Assembly: GCA_944349655.1 (NCBI GenBank)
Contig: CALVNL010000004.1
Coordinates: 8,819 to 72,818, forward strand
Source: an uncultured Clostridia bacterium
GTDB lineage: Bacteria > Bacillota > Clostridia > Christensenellales > DTU072
Length of the DNA: 64,000 bases
Direction of reading: 5' to 3'
The position numbers and the translations under genes were made by a program. Below the pieces are notes generated by a model that did no database searches, had not been told where the DNA came from, and saw only the letters and a list, made by a program, of their open reading frames with translations. Shown here one piece after another: positions 27,789 to 36,572 of this stretch (its first letter is position 1; the number at the start of each line of letters is the position of its first letter).

Positions 27789-27818
27789 AGTATAGCAAAC
27801 CTTCCTCCGCTTTGTCAA
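27789..27818 (-). promoter_or_regulatory. Sigma-A-type promoter for the riboswitch/ATPase transcript
   Basis: Minus strand reads TTGACA (27818-27813), 18-nt spacer, TATACT (27794-27789). Confidence 0.6.
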
Positions 27819-27876
27819 CGAAACAAACTAAAAAAACACCCCTTAAAACGTAGCGTTTTTCGGGGAGAAGAGCAAC

Positions 27877-27922
27877 GCAAACAAAAAACCCCGTTGAATG
27901 GGGTTTTCGCTTGCTTTTTTTT
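27877..27922. terminator. Bidirectional terminator at the end of the R-M operon; copy A of a hairpin repeat family
   Basis: GCAAACAAAAAACCCC-gttgaat-GGGGTTTTCGCTTGC followed by T8. The left arm and loop are near-identical to the copies at 36750 and 36947. Confidence 0.7.
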
Positions 27923-27967
27923 AGATAAACACTTGTTTAATCGCTAGATACAAAATAGTTATTAATT

Positions 27968-29656
27968 TTAAAGATTCATAGAAGTAATAAACTCCGTAAT
28001 GCTTTTATACACTTCGTCATCCAAATTCGTATATTCTACTAAAACTTTATTTACCCATTCAGGACCATGTCCACCTACTTCTTTTATAAAACATTCTAAC
28101 TCGCCTACAGGTACGATATATACGCCATGCTCTTTTAGCAATCCATCAATTCTTCGGAAAGAACTGGTTGCGTCTGCTGGTGGTAAAGCTGATATTCCAG
28201 ATGATTTCAATGTTTTCCACTTGGAAATTGTAGAAACCGCTTCCTTAATGGTTTCACTTTCTTTATTAGATAAAATCTTGCTTGTTGATGAATCCAAAAC
28301 TTGATTTATTGTAATTTTCGCTGTAGTTCTATCTATCTTTTCTTTAGGACTATGCAAATTGCTTACAATTTTATTATAATCCGTTTTAATACTATCATAA
28401 TCTACTGCATATGCTTCAACAATACCTTTAAAGAGCTCTTCATCATTTAAAACATCAATGTCTACGATAGTTGTAACTGGCACATTCAATGAGCGCAGCG
28501 CTTGAATAATTTTAGACATACGGTGTTTGCCGCCGCAATGAATAAACAAAGTTTCAGAATACTTCTGTTGCTTTTGCTTGATATGGCTTTCAATTATTGA
28601 ATACATCTTACAATCAGAATCACTTTCACAAAGAACAACCGATTTGTGGAAAAGACTTGCCATAATATTAGAGTATTTTAATAACGGATCACTCCAAACC
28701 CTATTGAAATCTGCATTATTTAAGATCGAAAAGTGATTAATATTTCCGTCTCGAGTAATTCTGACTATTTTAATTCTTTCGGGGCAAGAATCCAACAATC
28801 CTTTTATAATTTCTTCACTATGGGTTGAAATAAATGCTTGTTGTTTATCTGACAATGTTTGCCCTATAATTTGCCCCATAATTCTCGCTTGCGGAGGATG
28901 AAGAAACGATTCTGGCTCATCAATCAGATAAATTCTGTAATAATCCAGCATTAAATACAGCAAAATGCCGGTGAAGCTTTTTATTCCATCTCCTTGATTT
29001 TGAACCTGATCATAGGTCTCAAGAATTTTTGCAAATGCTTCTTGACGAGTTATTTCGTCATCGAAATTACCATCCAAAACAAAATTTTTGCCTATGCATA
29101 GAGGAATTGCTGCACCATAAAATGTATTAGGTGTTAAATCTTGCCCGAAAGCCTTTTTAAAATTGTCAGACAACCATTTTCTATATTTACCGTCAAAAGC
29201 TGCATAATGTATTGGATGACTTTTATTCTCGTCTCTTCTGATGTTCTGTGGTGCCGAGCAAATAGTTAATCGTGCTGAAGTATCTAAATTAGCCACAAAT
29301 AAATCACGAAAATTATCAAAATATGGGGACGATTGAAATCTTTGGTCTGTAAAATTAAAAACATTCATATGATGTCCAAAAACATTATATGATATATGAT
29401 CTCCATTATGAATTCCTTTTGAAACGCAAGATAATGCAGACGATATCGGCGTTGAAGATTTTGTGATTGTTATATTTGATATCACCACACTTGGCACTTT
29501 TTTCGCAGAAAGTGCGTATACATCTTTTAAAGCTTGGCTTTTACCTGCATTATTTGGACCGACAAAAACCACTATATCATTTTCCGATATATCCAAGTTT
29601 TGACCATTATTAAACTGTATTTGAGAAATAAATCCCCCTGCTTTTTCTTCAGACAT
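27968..29656 (-). CDS. ABC-type ATPase fused to a TOPRIM/DUF4435-like nuclease domain (OLD-family class 1 / fused PARIS AriA-AriB-like)
   Basis: Walker A GPNNAGKS (33-40), signature-like GDGIKS (222-227), Walker B YLIDEPE (243-249), H-loop STHS. Then VVLCESDSD (Glu) and IVDIDVLND (DxD) as in TOPRIM, and a C-terminal GVYIVPVGELECFI block. Confidence 0.7.
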   Translation of the reverse strand: MSEEKAGGFISQIQFNNGQNLDISENDIVVFVGPNNAGKSQALKDVYALSAKKVPSVVISNITITKSSTPISSALSCVSKGIHNGDHISYNVFGHHMNVFNFTDQRFQSSPYFDNFRDLFVANLDTSARLTICSAPQNIRRDENKSHPIHYAAFDGKYRKWLSDNFKKAFGQDLTPNTFYGAAIPLCIGKNFVLDGNFDDEITRQEAFAKILETYDQVQNQGDGIKSFTGILLYLMLDYYRIYLIDEPESFLHPPQARIMGQIIGQTLSDKQQAFISTHSEEIIKGLLDSCPERIKIVRITRDGNINHFSILNNADFNRVWSDPLLKYSNIMASLFHKSVVLCESDSDCKMYSIIESHIKQKQQKYSETLFIHCGGKHRMSKIIQALRSLNVPVTTIVDIDVLNDEELFKGIVEAYAVDYDSIKTDYNKIVSNLHSPKEKIDRTTAKITINQVLDSSTSKILSNKESETIKEAVSTISKWKTLKSSGISALPPADATSSFRRIDGLLKEHGVYIVPVGELECFIKEVGGHGPEWVNKVLVEYTNLDDEVYKSITEFITSMNL

Positions 29657-29674
29657 TTTTATTCTCCTAAAGGA

Positions 29675-31096
29675 TTAGTATTTCAATTCATCGCACAGGG
29701 CGAGAAGTTCTTCGACTCGTTTGACGATGCGTTTTTGCTCGGCAAGCGGTGGCAAAGGAAGCAATAAGTGTTTTAGTTTATCTGCCTTGATACCTTTCGC
29801 AGTAGCACCCGTACAATTATCAAGGAGTTGCTGTTGGAATTGTGGTGATAATATAAAATACATAAACAAAGCAGGAACTACAGTTTCTTTTTCATATTCT
29901 TTCAAAGTAATAACTCTTTGTCCACAAGAACATTCGTCTAAATCACATAATGCTACGTTCCCCATAGGAGCTTCAGTGGTGAATAACAAATCACCATGTT
30001 CTGTTATTCCACGACTTTTCCTCTCGGAATATTCTTTTTTGGATATGTACTCTTTTCTTGAATAATCCATATAAGCTCGCTTAATATTTGATGCTGTAAT
30101 CAAAAATATACCTTGGGAAATTTTATTTGGTGTTTTTCCCCGATAATCAACAAAGTCAAATAGTTGATTAAGTTCCACCATTATCCAAGAATTGGGTATT
30201 TCAAAGTTCATAGCAGACAGATTAAGTTCGCTTTTACACGGTTTGATTTTGCTATGATGCTTTTTCAATTTTTGAACAATATCAGCACTTAACCCTTCTT
30301 CATTGTGCTGATTTACAAGTTTACCTTGTACTGCTTGTTGCAAAATCGACTTGCGGAGCTTATCCGGGAATTCGGCATTTAATTTGTTTAACTGTTCTTC
30401 TGCCTTGCCGTATTCCTCAATCAAAGGCATCAATTCTTCGATTTTTGCAACAATTCGCTTTTGTTCCGCAAGAGGAGGAATAGGGATAGGCGTATTTTTT
30501 AGAATTGTGAGGTTTATATTCATCTGCGCCATTCCTTTTCCTTTTGACACAAGAATGTCCTTCAAACCAATCAAAACATAATACATGTAATCGCGACTAT
30601 ATTCACCGAAAAATGTTACACCTGCGACAGCTTGATTTGTGGCTGCATCAATATTCAATATCCCAACCGTTCCTATTGTAGCAAAAATAGTATATAAAAT
30701 AGTTCCTTTGGGAAAAATCTTTGCTGATGATGAATTCAATCCTTGTTCAGAAATTTTTTCTTCTGTTGTGGAAATATATTTATTTCTGATATCTCCGATT
30801 TTTACCCACGGGATATTACCATTCCAAAATGATGAATTAGTGCGCGCTGGCGTACCACCGGAAGTAATTGAAGAAATATCATTTAGACGAACCCATTCCC
30901 AACTTTCAGGAATATCAAAAGGAATTTCATCTTCTGATATTGCAGGTAACGATTTTTCTTTTATCCCGAGTTTCTGTTTTTCGGCACGAATATGTTTCAG
31001 CAATTCCAATGCCGGTTCGTCATCTTTGCATTGCGGCACAAGTTTCCCCTGTACCGCCAACTGCAAAATGGAGTTTTTCAATTCCTGCGCGGTCAT
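29675..31096 (-). CDS. hsdS: Type I restriction-modification specificity subunit
   Basis: Two variable TRDs. They are separated by the conserved helices PPLAEQKRIVAKIEELMPLIEEY (central) and PPLAEQKRIVKRVEELLALCDEL (C-terminal). 4-nt overlap with hsdM. Confidence 0.9.
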   Translation of the reverse strand: MTAQELKNSILQLAVQGKLVPQCKDDEPALELLKHIRAEKQKLGIKEKSLPAISEDEIPFDIPESWEWVRLNDISSITSGGTPARTNSSFWNGNIPWVKIGDIRNKYISTTEEKISEQGLNSSSAKIFPKGTILYTIFATIGTVGILNIDAATNQAVAGVTFFGEYSRDYMYYVLIGLKDILVSKGKGMAQMNINLTILKNTPIPIPPLAEQKRIVAKIEELMPLIEEYGKAEEQLNKLNAEFPDKLRKSILQQAVQGKLVNQHNEEGLSADIVQKLKKHHSKIKPCKSELNLSAMNFEIPNSWIMVELNQLFDFVDYRGKTPNKISQGIFLITASNIKRAYMDYSRKEYISKKEYSERKSRGITEHGDLLFTTEAPMGNVALCDLDECSCGQRVITLKEYEKETVVPALFMYFILSPQFQQQLLDNCTGATAKGIKADKLKHLLLPLPPLAEQKRIVKRVEELLALCDELKY

Positions 31097-32541
31097 TCGT
31101 TGCCCTCCAATTTTGCGGTGATACTTGCCAAGATGCGGTCTATTGCGGTATTCAGTTCGGTGCGCTCCGCTTCATAGTGGGCAATCAGATCTTTCGGCTC
31201 GAGAATTTCTTCTTCCGTATGCGGGAAAGGACAGCATTTATCGAAATCATAGTTCAGTGCTTCCAATTCTTCGGGCGTATAGAAGCGTGCTTTGTCAAAA
31301 CCGTCAACAATAATGGCTTGTTTGTTGGCCCACCACTCACGCACAGGGTCAAAGTGCTTGTCCAGCATGGGTTTTGTTTTGGAAAAACTCTTTACGCCTT
31401 CGGGATAGTCAAGGCGGTAAAACCATACACCGCGGCTGACAACGCCTTTTTTGAAGAACAAAAGATTGGTGTTGACGCTGGCATAAGGTTTAAACACCTG
31501 CGGCAAACGTATGATTGTATGTAAGCCGTATTCTTTTAGAAGCTTCTCTTTAATCGTGTTCTTTACGCCGTCGCCAAACATAAAACCGTCGGGCAAGACG
31601 ACGCCTGCTCTGCCGCCGTCTTTAAGCAGATTCATAATGAGCGCCATAAACAGATCCGCCGTTTCGCTGGTTTGCAATTCGCTCGGAAAGTTTTTCTTGA
31701 CTGCGGCGTCTTCCGCTCCGCCGAAAGGGGGATTAGCGACTATCACATCCACACGATCTTTTGCCGAATAATCGGAAAGAGGTCTGTTCAAAGAATTGAT
31801 GTGTTTTATTCTCGGTATCTCGATGTCATGCAAAATCAAGTTTGTCATGGCAAGAAGATAGGGAAGGGGCTTTTTCTCCCAACCGCTAATAGAAATCTGA
31901 AGCTTTTCGAGTTCTTCAGTCGTCGTAACGCTGCCGATATGCGCAATAGTGCTGGTCAAAAAACCACCCGTGCCACAAGCGGGGTCGAGGACGGTTTCTC
32001 CGAGTTTAGGATCGACCTTTTCGACGATGAAATTCGTAACGGGTCGAGGCGTATAAAATTCACCCGCTCGCCCTGCGCTCTGTAAATCTTTCAGCATACC
32101 TTCATAGAGGTCATTGAAAGTATGTTTCTGTGTTGCGTCGATAAAATCCACCTTCTCATTGATGCGGTTGACAAGCTGACGGAGATAAACGCCCGATTTC
32201 ATATAGTTGTTGATGTCTTCAAACACGTTACGGACAACGAATTTGCGCATATCGCCGTCGGACGTATCTATCTTTTTGAGTTTATCAAACAGTTCGTCTA
32301 TAAATTTGATGAGAGCGTCGCCGGTAATTCCTTCTTTGTCCGCCGCCCAATCGCGCCAGCGGTAACCCTGAGGAATGACGCCTTTATAGTCCGGACGGAA
32401 CTCCCATTCCATTTCTTTGGCGTCAAACGCTTTCAAAAACAAAAGCCAGGTGATCTGTTCGATATACTGTGCATCGCCGTTCAAGCCTGCGTCTTTACGC
32501 ATTATATCTTCCAGCGATTTTATCATAGTGGACATTGCCAT
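31093..32541 (-). CDS. hsdM: Type I restriction-modification N6-adenine DNA methyltransferase subunit
   Basis: Motif I VLDPACGTGGFL and motif IV VIVANPPFGG. The N-terminal HsdM_N-like region has ITWLLFLKAFD. Confidence 0.92.
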   Translation of the reverse strand: MAMSTMIKSLEDIMRKDAGLNGDAQYIEQITWLLFLKAFDAKEMEWEFRPDYKGVIPQGYRWRDWAADKEGITGDALIKFIDELFDKLKKIDTSDGDMRKFVVRNVFEDINNYMKSGVYLRQLVNRINEKVDFIDATQKHTFNDLYEGMLKDLQSAGRAGEFYTPRPVTNFIVEKVDPKLGETVLDPACGTGGFLTSTIAHIGSVTTTEELEKLQISISGWEKKPLPYLLAMTNLILHDIEIPRIKHINSLNRPLSDYSAKDRVDVIVANPPFGGAEDAAVKKNFPSELQTSETADLFMALIMNLLKDGGRAGVVLPDGFMFGDGVKNTIKEKLLKEYGLHTIIRLPQVFKPYASVNTNLLFFKKGVVSRGVWFYRLDYPEGVKSFSKTKPMLDKHFDPVREWWANKQAIIVDGFDKARFYTPEELEALNYDFDKCCPFPHTEEEILEPKDLIAHYEAERTELNTAIDRILASITAKLEGNE

Positions 32542-32553
32542 AGTATGTACTCC

Positions 32554-34230
32554 TTATTTTCTCTTTTCCGATGAATAAACTTCTTTATGGTCACCGCAAG
32601 AACCGACTATTATTTTTTTATCCTTATCGGAAAATCCAAAGTGGATGCTTTGTTTTTTCTGGGCATAGGTTATATGCGCTTCTATATTGATGCTTTCGCC
32701 GTTATAATCAGTCACAAATTGGCGCATAAGTTTTGCATCAGCTCTTGTCATGGACCCTTCACCACGCGTCGCTTTAATACCTGTTTGCATTTTAAATTCT
32801 TTATAGATGTCTCCACCTTTTGTAAAATACAAATCCCACATTACGGTTGATAAAGCAAAAAAAGCTTTCCAAAGTTCAGACAAGTCTATAGTGCAAGTTT
32901 TTAATGTTTTTCTTGCATCATCCGTAAATTGAATTTTATCTCCGAAAGTTGCTTCAAAATAATTTACTATGTCATTACACGTTTTCGGATAATTTTTAAT
33001 GTCCAATCTACTTAAAGTGGCTTTCCTTAATGCAGCATTTTCTTGTGCAAAAGACCGATAACTTTCATTTTGTTGTGTAAGACTATAATTTTCATCTTTT
33101 AGGTTAATAAGTTCTACTTTTAAACGATCTCTTTCAGCTTCTGCTATAAGTTTTTTTTCTTCTTCCTCCATCGCCAAGCTTATAGATTCGTTTTCGACTT
33201 CTTTCAGTTTTTTTTGATGTGTAGATTGAAGCTCCTTTAATCTCTTTTGCCTAATATTAGCTTCTACCTTTGCCCGACAATCATCTATGCGGAAAAATTT
33301 ATCGTAAGCAGTCATATCTTGAGCAAGGGCTCGACGCAGTATTTGACAAACGGCATTTTCCCCAATTGTTTCAATTCGATCAGGGTGAAAATATCTATGA
33401 CGGGTATAGTCTAATTCGTCAGTTGGCTTTACACCCGGATAATAAATGCGAATCATTCCATTGTAGCAAGCTAATTCTTGGGGGGTGAAGAAATTCATTT
33501 CATCTGTTACTGCTTTGCTTGTGGCATAAAATACAAGCGCATTTCCACCTACAGCTTTTGCTATATTTTCCGGGTTTACATACAAACAATCCGTTTCGCT
33601 CAAAGAACTATTTTTCGGGCTAATATAAATATAAGGGATATTTCTTTCTTCACTTTGGAGTTTTTCCCAAAAATTCATCCAACCGCCGTCTCCTATTTTT
33701 TGAGGCGATATAGAGATTCTATCGACACCGCAATAACATTCGATTAATTTATCATCTACTACTTTCTTTATTAATCCTGGAATATTTGGTAAAGGCATAG
33801 GTTCAAACTCCCCGATGAAGCCCGGTCTATCGCTATACGATATAACGCAAGAGAAATACGCTTTATTCTCATCGATGGGCTCATACCCGACTTCCGTAAC
33901 CCATCTTCTGGGGGCGAATCCGTTTTCAGAAAACGGCGTCTCGATTATTTGGCAAGCCCAGTATATATTATTCTTTGCAGGTTCTGGCACATAACATACG
34001 GCAGAGGATATTGTAACTGTTCTGTTGTCAAAAGATGAGATTGTTCCGCCCTTTTTTAAGCTACTCCAATCTTTTGCATCATCTGAAAGGAGTTTTTCTT
34101 TTTTATTCCATTTATTTGTTTGCCAATTTTTGATATGACAAACTAAACGCCAAAGTAAATCTTGTTCGGGGGCTTGCAGAGAAAGCATGAATCTAACCTT
34201 ATAAAATATAGTTGAATTTAAATCAATCAT
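32554..34230 (-). CDS. Uncharacterised 558-aa protein embedded between hsdR and hsdM (N-domain / coiled coil / C-domain)
   Basis: Long uninterrupted ORF with AAGGAG upstream. Its TAA stop lies inside the hsdM RBS (TAAGGAG). No P-loop or nuclease motif recognised. Residues ~318-405 are a Glu/Lys/Leu heptad-rich coiled coil. Confidence 0.7.
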   Translation of the reverse strand: MIDLNSTIFYKVRFMLSLQAPEQDLLWRLVCHIKNWQTNKWNKKEKLLSDDAKDWSSLKKGGTISSFDNRTVTISSAVCYVPEPAKNNIYWACQIIETPFSENGFAPRRWVTEVGYEPIDENKAYFSCVISYSDRPGFIGEFEPMPLPNIPGLIKKVVDDKLIECYCGVDRISISPQKIGDGGWMNFWEKLQSEERNIPYIYISPKNSSLSETDCLYVNPENIAKAVGGNALVFYATSKAVTDEMNFFTPQELACYNGMIRIYYPGVKPTDELDYTRHRYFHPDRIETIGENAVCQILRRALAQDMTAYDKFFRIDDCRAKVEANIRQKRLKELQSTHQKKLKEVENESISLAMEEEEKKLIAEAERDRLKVELINLKDENYSLTQQNESYRSFAQENAALRKATLSRLDIKNYPKTCNDIVNYFEATFGDKIQFTDDARKTLKTCTIDLSELWKAFFALSTVMWDLYFTKGGDIYKEFKMQTGIKATRGEGSMTRADAKLMRQFVTDYNGESINIEAHITYAQKKQSIHFGFSDKDKKIIVGSCGDHKEVYSSEKRK

Positions 34231-34253
34231 CTTCTTCAGTACTCCTTAAATTA

Positions 34254-36572
34254 TTATGCCGCGTAGATAGCCCTTTCTAATTCTCTGATAGCTTCACGGA
34301 ATTTTGCTATCCCGCCGAAAATGGTATTCACAATATAAACTTGTGTTCCGTATTGCTTAATCGGTTCAACCTTCAAAACGTCCACGTTTTCAAGGTCAGT
34401 CAGACCGCTATCGGCATACTTCGTCAAAAGTGCATCCAAAATCTCTGCGGCTTGCTTTCCGTATTTGGTAAAGTAATTGTGTTTACGGACATTTTCGGCT
34501 CGCTCTTTTCTTGTCAGCGGCGGTTGGTCGAATACGATATGCAAAATCAAATCAAACGGGTCTAAATCCTTACTGACTTCGTCACACAAGTCATCAAAGA
34601 ACACACCGCGTTTTTCAAGCTCGTCAACGATTGCTTGTTTGCGCTCTGCCGCATTCCAAGCCGCAAGAAAATCGTTCATCTCCGCATACTGGCTCAATAC
34701 GTTTCGCTTTGTATAATCGATAAGACGTTCGGTAATCAGATGACCGTTTTTATCAAGATATTGCACATGCTTTTGAGAGACAGAAACCTGAGTGTCGCCG
34801 AGAACGTATTTTTGTCTTCTTTCGCGTTCCGGAGGCGTAATTTCAGGAGGCCTTTCAGGTCCTTCTCCGGGTTTATTCGGATGAAAATCGTCTTGCTGCT
34901 CAATCGGACCGTCAAAATCAGGATCATGGAAAAGGCGTGTAACATCGCGGAAGTCGAAAATCGTAAAGTACATTTTTCCGAGGTCTTCCCGGACACGTGT
35001 GCCGCGACCGATAATCTGTTTGAATTCGGTCATGGATCTGATATTGGAATCCAGCACAATAAACTTAACCGTCTGAACGTCAACGCCTGTGGAAAGCAAT
35101 TTGGAAGTCGTAACAAGCACGGGATATTCTTTTTCAACATTTCTGAAATTATCAAGTTGCTTGACGCCTGCTTCGTCATTTGCCGTAATACGCATAACAT
35201 AACGGGAATCTAACGCACACATATCCGCATTTTCATTTACCAATGCTTGACGCATACGGTCTGCGTGCTCCTGATCGACACAGAAGAATATTGTCTTATC
35301 CATTCTGCAATCGTGCTTTTTAAGATAGTCGGAGACGGTCTTTGCAACGAGTTTTGTTCGTTTTTCGAGAACGAGATTTTTATCAAAATCAGTCGTGTTG
35401 TAAACTCGGTTGTCGATGACTTCACCGTTGTCGTCAAGCTGACCTTCATAAGGAACAAAACCCTCGATGTCTTTATCAAAAAACACTCGAATGACACGAT
35501 ACGGGGCTAAGAATCCGTCGTCTATACCTTGTTTCAAAGAATACGTATAGATTGGCTCGCCGAAATAATCAATATTGGAAACAGTATTTGTTTCTTTCGG
35601 CGTTGCGGTAAGCCCTACCTGCGTGGCAGAGGAAAAATACTCCAATACTTCACGCCATTGACTGTCAGCTTTTGCGCTACCCCGGTGACACTCGTCAACG
35701 ACAACTAAATCGAAGAACCCCGGACTGAATTGCTTAAACAAACTGTTGGCATCTTCGTCTTCTCCTGTCAACCCCTGATAAAGGGCAAGATATATCTCAT
35801 GAGCCGTATCAATGTTTTGTTTTGTTACCCACGTCATCTTATCCTTAAACGGAGCAAAATCATTGGTAAAAGTCTGCGCAATCAACGCCGTTCTGTCGGC
35901 AAGGAAAAGAATGCGCTTTTTAAGACCCGCTTTCCAAAGTCGCCAAATAATCTGAAAAGCAGTATAAGTTTTACCAGTGCCTGTTGCCATAACAAGCAAG
36001 ACTCTGTTTTGCCCCTTTGCAATAGCTTCAACGGTTTTGTTGATTGCGTTCATCTGATAATAGCGCGGCTGCTTATCGGGATTATCAGAGTAGTACGGCT
36101 CATCAATAACAGTATCTTGCACCTTGCTGATATTGTTTTGTTCGTGATACATTTTCCATAAAGTTTCCGGTGACGGAAATTCATTCAAAGAAAGATTTAT
36201 CTCGGCAGGTCCTTCGGTAATGAACTTGTTATGAAAAACAAAACCGTCACCGTTTGAAGAAAACACGAACGGAACATTCATCATATCGGCATATTGCAAC
36301 GCTTGTTGCATACCGTCTGCCATAGTATGGTTATTGTCTTTGGCTTCAATAACAGCTATCGGTTTATTCGGTTTGTAAAAAAGAACATAATCCGCTTTCA
36401 AAGGGGCTTCTCGTTTGCAGACTTTCCCACGGGCGATAATTCTGCCATTCGTAATTTTATATTCCTCACGTATTTGTGAAAATAAACTCCAACCGGCAGA
36501 AACGATTGCAGGCGTAATGAATTTTGTCCTTATATCCATTTCAGATAAAGATTTTTTATCGTAAGAATTCAT
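34254..36572 (-). CDS. hsdR: Type I restriction endonuclease/translocase subunit
   Basis: N-terminal PD-(D/E)xK (DYVLF...VIEAKD). SF2 motif I MATGTGKT and motif II VVDECHR. The ATG at 36572 has GGGAGAG upstream; the ORF-track start at 36587 is a TTG inside the RBS. Confidence 0.9.
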   Translation of the reverse strand: MNSYDKKSLSEMDIRTKFITPAIVSAGWSLFSQIREEYKITNGRIIARGKVCKREAPLKADYVLFYKPNKPIAVIEAKDNNHTMADGMQQALQYADMMNVPFVFSSNGDGFVFHNKFITEGPAEINLSLNEFPSPETLWKMYHEQNNISKVQDTVIDEPYYSDNPDKQPRYYQMNAINKTVEAIAKGQNRVLLVMATGTGKTYTAFQIIWRLWKAGLKKRILFLADRTALIAQTFTNDFAPFKDKMTWVTKQNIDTAHEIYLALYQGLTGEDEDANSLFKQFSPGFFDLVVVDECHRGSAKADSQWREVLEYFSSATQVGLTATPKETNTVSNIDYFGEPIYTYSLKQGIDDGFLAPYRVIRVFFDKDIEGFVPYEGQLDDNGEVIDNRVYNTTDFDKNLVLEKRTKLVAKTVSDYLKKHDCRMDKTIFFCVDQEHADRMRQALVNENADMCALDSRYVMRITANDEAGVKQLDNFRNVEKEYPVLVTTSKLLSTGVDVQTVKFIVLDSNIRSMTEFKQIIGRGTRVREDLGKMYFTIFDFRDVTRLFHDPDFDGPIEQQDDFHPNKPGEGPERPPEITPPERERRQKYVLGDTQVSVSQKHVQYLDKNGHLITERLIDYTKRNVLSQYAEMNDFLAAWNAAERKQAIVDELEKRGVFFDDLCDEVSKDLDPFDLILHIVFDQPPLTRKERAENVRKHNYFTKYGKQAAEILDALLTKYADSGLTDLENVDVLKVEPIKQYGTQVYIVNTIFGGIAKFREAIRELERAIYAA

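Noticed and set aside
27738-27947. 69-aa + strand ORF in the ATPase / R-M intergenic region
   Set aside because: It has no RBS. It lies across the - strand promoter, part of the riboswitch-like leader and two terminator hairpins, and RNA or regulatory elements explain that region better.
29675-31096. Phase-variable hsdS shufflon (extra hsdS fragments, inverted repeats, recombinase)
   Set aside because: There is only one complete hsdS. No silent hsdS' half-genes and no tyrosine or serine recombinase occur anywhere in the island. The duplicated PPLAEQKRIV segments are the normal conserved spacer helices.
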